Assembly (NCBI GenBank): GCA_035650735.1
Contig: DASRGZ010000210.1
Coordinates: forward strand, 1-48,168
Origin: Chthonomonadaceae bacterium
GTDB taxonomy: Bacteria > Armatimonadota > Chthonomonadetes > Chthonomonadales > Chthonomonadaceae
DNA length: 48,168 nucleotides
Reading direction: 5' to 3'
The notes below the pieces were generated by a model. That model was not told the DNA's origin and did no database searches. It worked only from the letters and a program-made list of their open reading frames with translations. The translations under genes were made by a program, and so were the position numbers. Shown one piece after another: positions 47,245 to 48,168 of the stretch (positions within the stretch are counted from its first letter, which is position 1; each line of letters starts with the position of its first letter).

Positions 47245-48057
47245 TCAGGCTTCGCTCTCTTCCAGCGCGTAGGTGACGGCCTGCTCCCAGGTCATCGCCC
47301 GGCCCGCTTCCCAGGCGACTGCAAATGCTTCTTCGTCTATGAGAGAGCGTGCCCTGGCGACATCTTGCTCGTATTGCCTCCTCATATAAAGTGGGAACAT
47401 TCCCATGCTTTCTCGCAGCACCTCGGTTGCTCCAAACAGGCGTCCTGCCCGTTCTATATAACCTTGCGCCGTCGCCAATCCGGCCAGACTTTTGAAGACC
47501 TCAGCAACCAAGGGTCTATAGCCAATCTCTCTGGCGAGCGTTAAGCTCTCCCGATACTCGGATAAAGCCCGTGCGTAGTCACCTTCAAGACGGGAGGCGT
47601 CGCCAAGAATGGCCAAAACCTCCGCCGCTCGAAACGGAGAATGGGCACGACGCGCCGCCAGTTGCTCTTCCACAAGCGTCCGGGCCGTCGTGTAATCCCC
47701 TTCCAGTAAAGCGGCCTGCGCCAGATACATATTACCCATCGCCCTATATCCTGGGCTGATTTCCATAGCCTGCTGCGCATACGCACGAACCAGCACGGGA
47801 TCCTCTTGAATGAGTGCCAGGGCCGCGAGTGTAATCAGGTTATTGGCGATCCCGCCTACATCTCCCACTTCTCGTGCCAGCGCCAGACTCTCTTCGTACA
47901 AGGCACGTGCTTTTACATCCTCCCCTTGCAATATAGCCAGAACACCTAATTTGCCAAGTATCCCAATCAGGCACGGCTTGTCATTTAACTGCCGGCTGAT
48001 CTGCAAACTTTCCGTATAAAGGGCGTGGGCCTGGCGCAAAAATACTTGCGGCTTACC
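47245..48057 (-). pseudogene. C-terminal TPR part of a large ATPase/TPR regulator-like gene, cut by an IS
   Basis: ARALYEESLALAREVGD repeats; AFAVAWEAGRAMTWEQAV terminus; no proper start, abuts IS end. Confidence 0.75.
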
Positions 48058-48168
48058 TAGAGCGTGTTATGAACTATTGAGCAGGACTGCCGCCCTGACG
48101 AGCATCAGGATAGCAAACACTACGAAGTGGTAAGCCGTTAAGGTCTCATCAAGACGTTCGTAGTCCCT
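48057..48168 (-). mobile_element. End of IS5-family element with transposase C-terminus (48067-48168)
   Basis: RDYERLDETLTAYHFVVFAILML...NSS*; TIR GAGCGTGTTATGAACT. Confidence 0.85.

Overview
GC-rich bacterial chromosomal window. PEP-CTERM and HAF secreted proteins and HpnCDE are consistent with an Armatimonadota-like host (inference). Order: three secreted/surface genes; hpnC-hpnD-hpnE; an orphan ABC sugar-binding lipoprotein; a ~10 kb heavy-metal/RND locus; a Gfo/Idh/MocA oxidoreductase; ECF sigma / zinc anti-sigma / double-STN module; dnaK-dnaJ-hspR; two small-protein + retropepsin pairs; an EAL-CBS-GGDEF protein; TrxB-type ferredoxin-NADP reductase, glnB, nudF, cysH/cysC, PHP, aroA, corA, melA, CDGSH, SGNH; a frameshifted HAF gene; an HNH pseudogene; a TPR gene cut by an IS5 end. 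Top finding: the metal locus (9963-20097) appears to encode selenoproteins. The RND membrane-fusion gene has an in-frame TGA exactly at a conserved Cys of its metal-binding domain (CPI-U-G), followed by an fdhF-like SECIS hairpin. An unannotated 32-codon membrane microprotein just upstream also has CxxU plus a SECIS-like hairpin. The locus is headed by a Cys-rich RAPP-motif leader and ends in an RND pump with altered proton-relay residues. Several MITEs and REP families are also visible.
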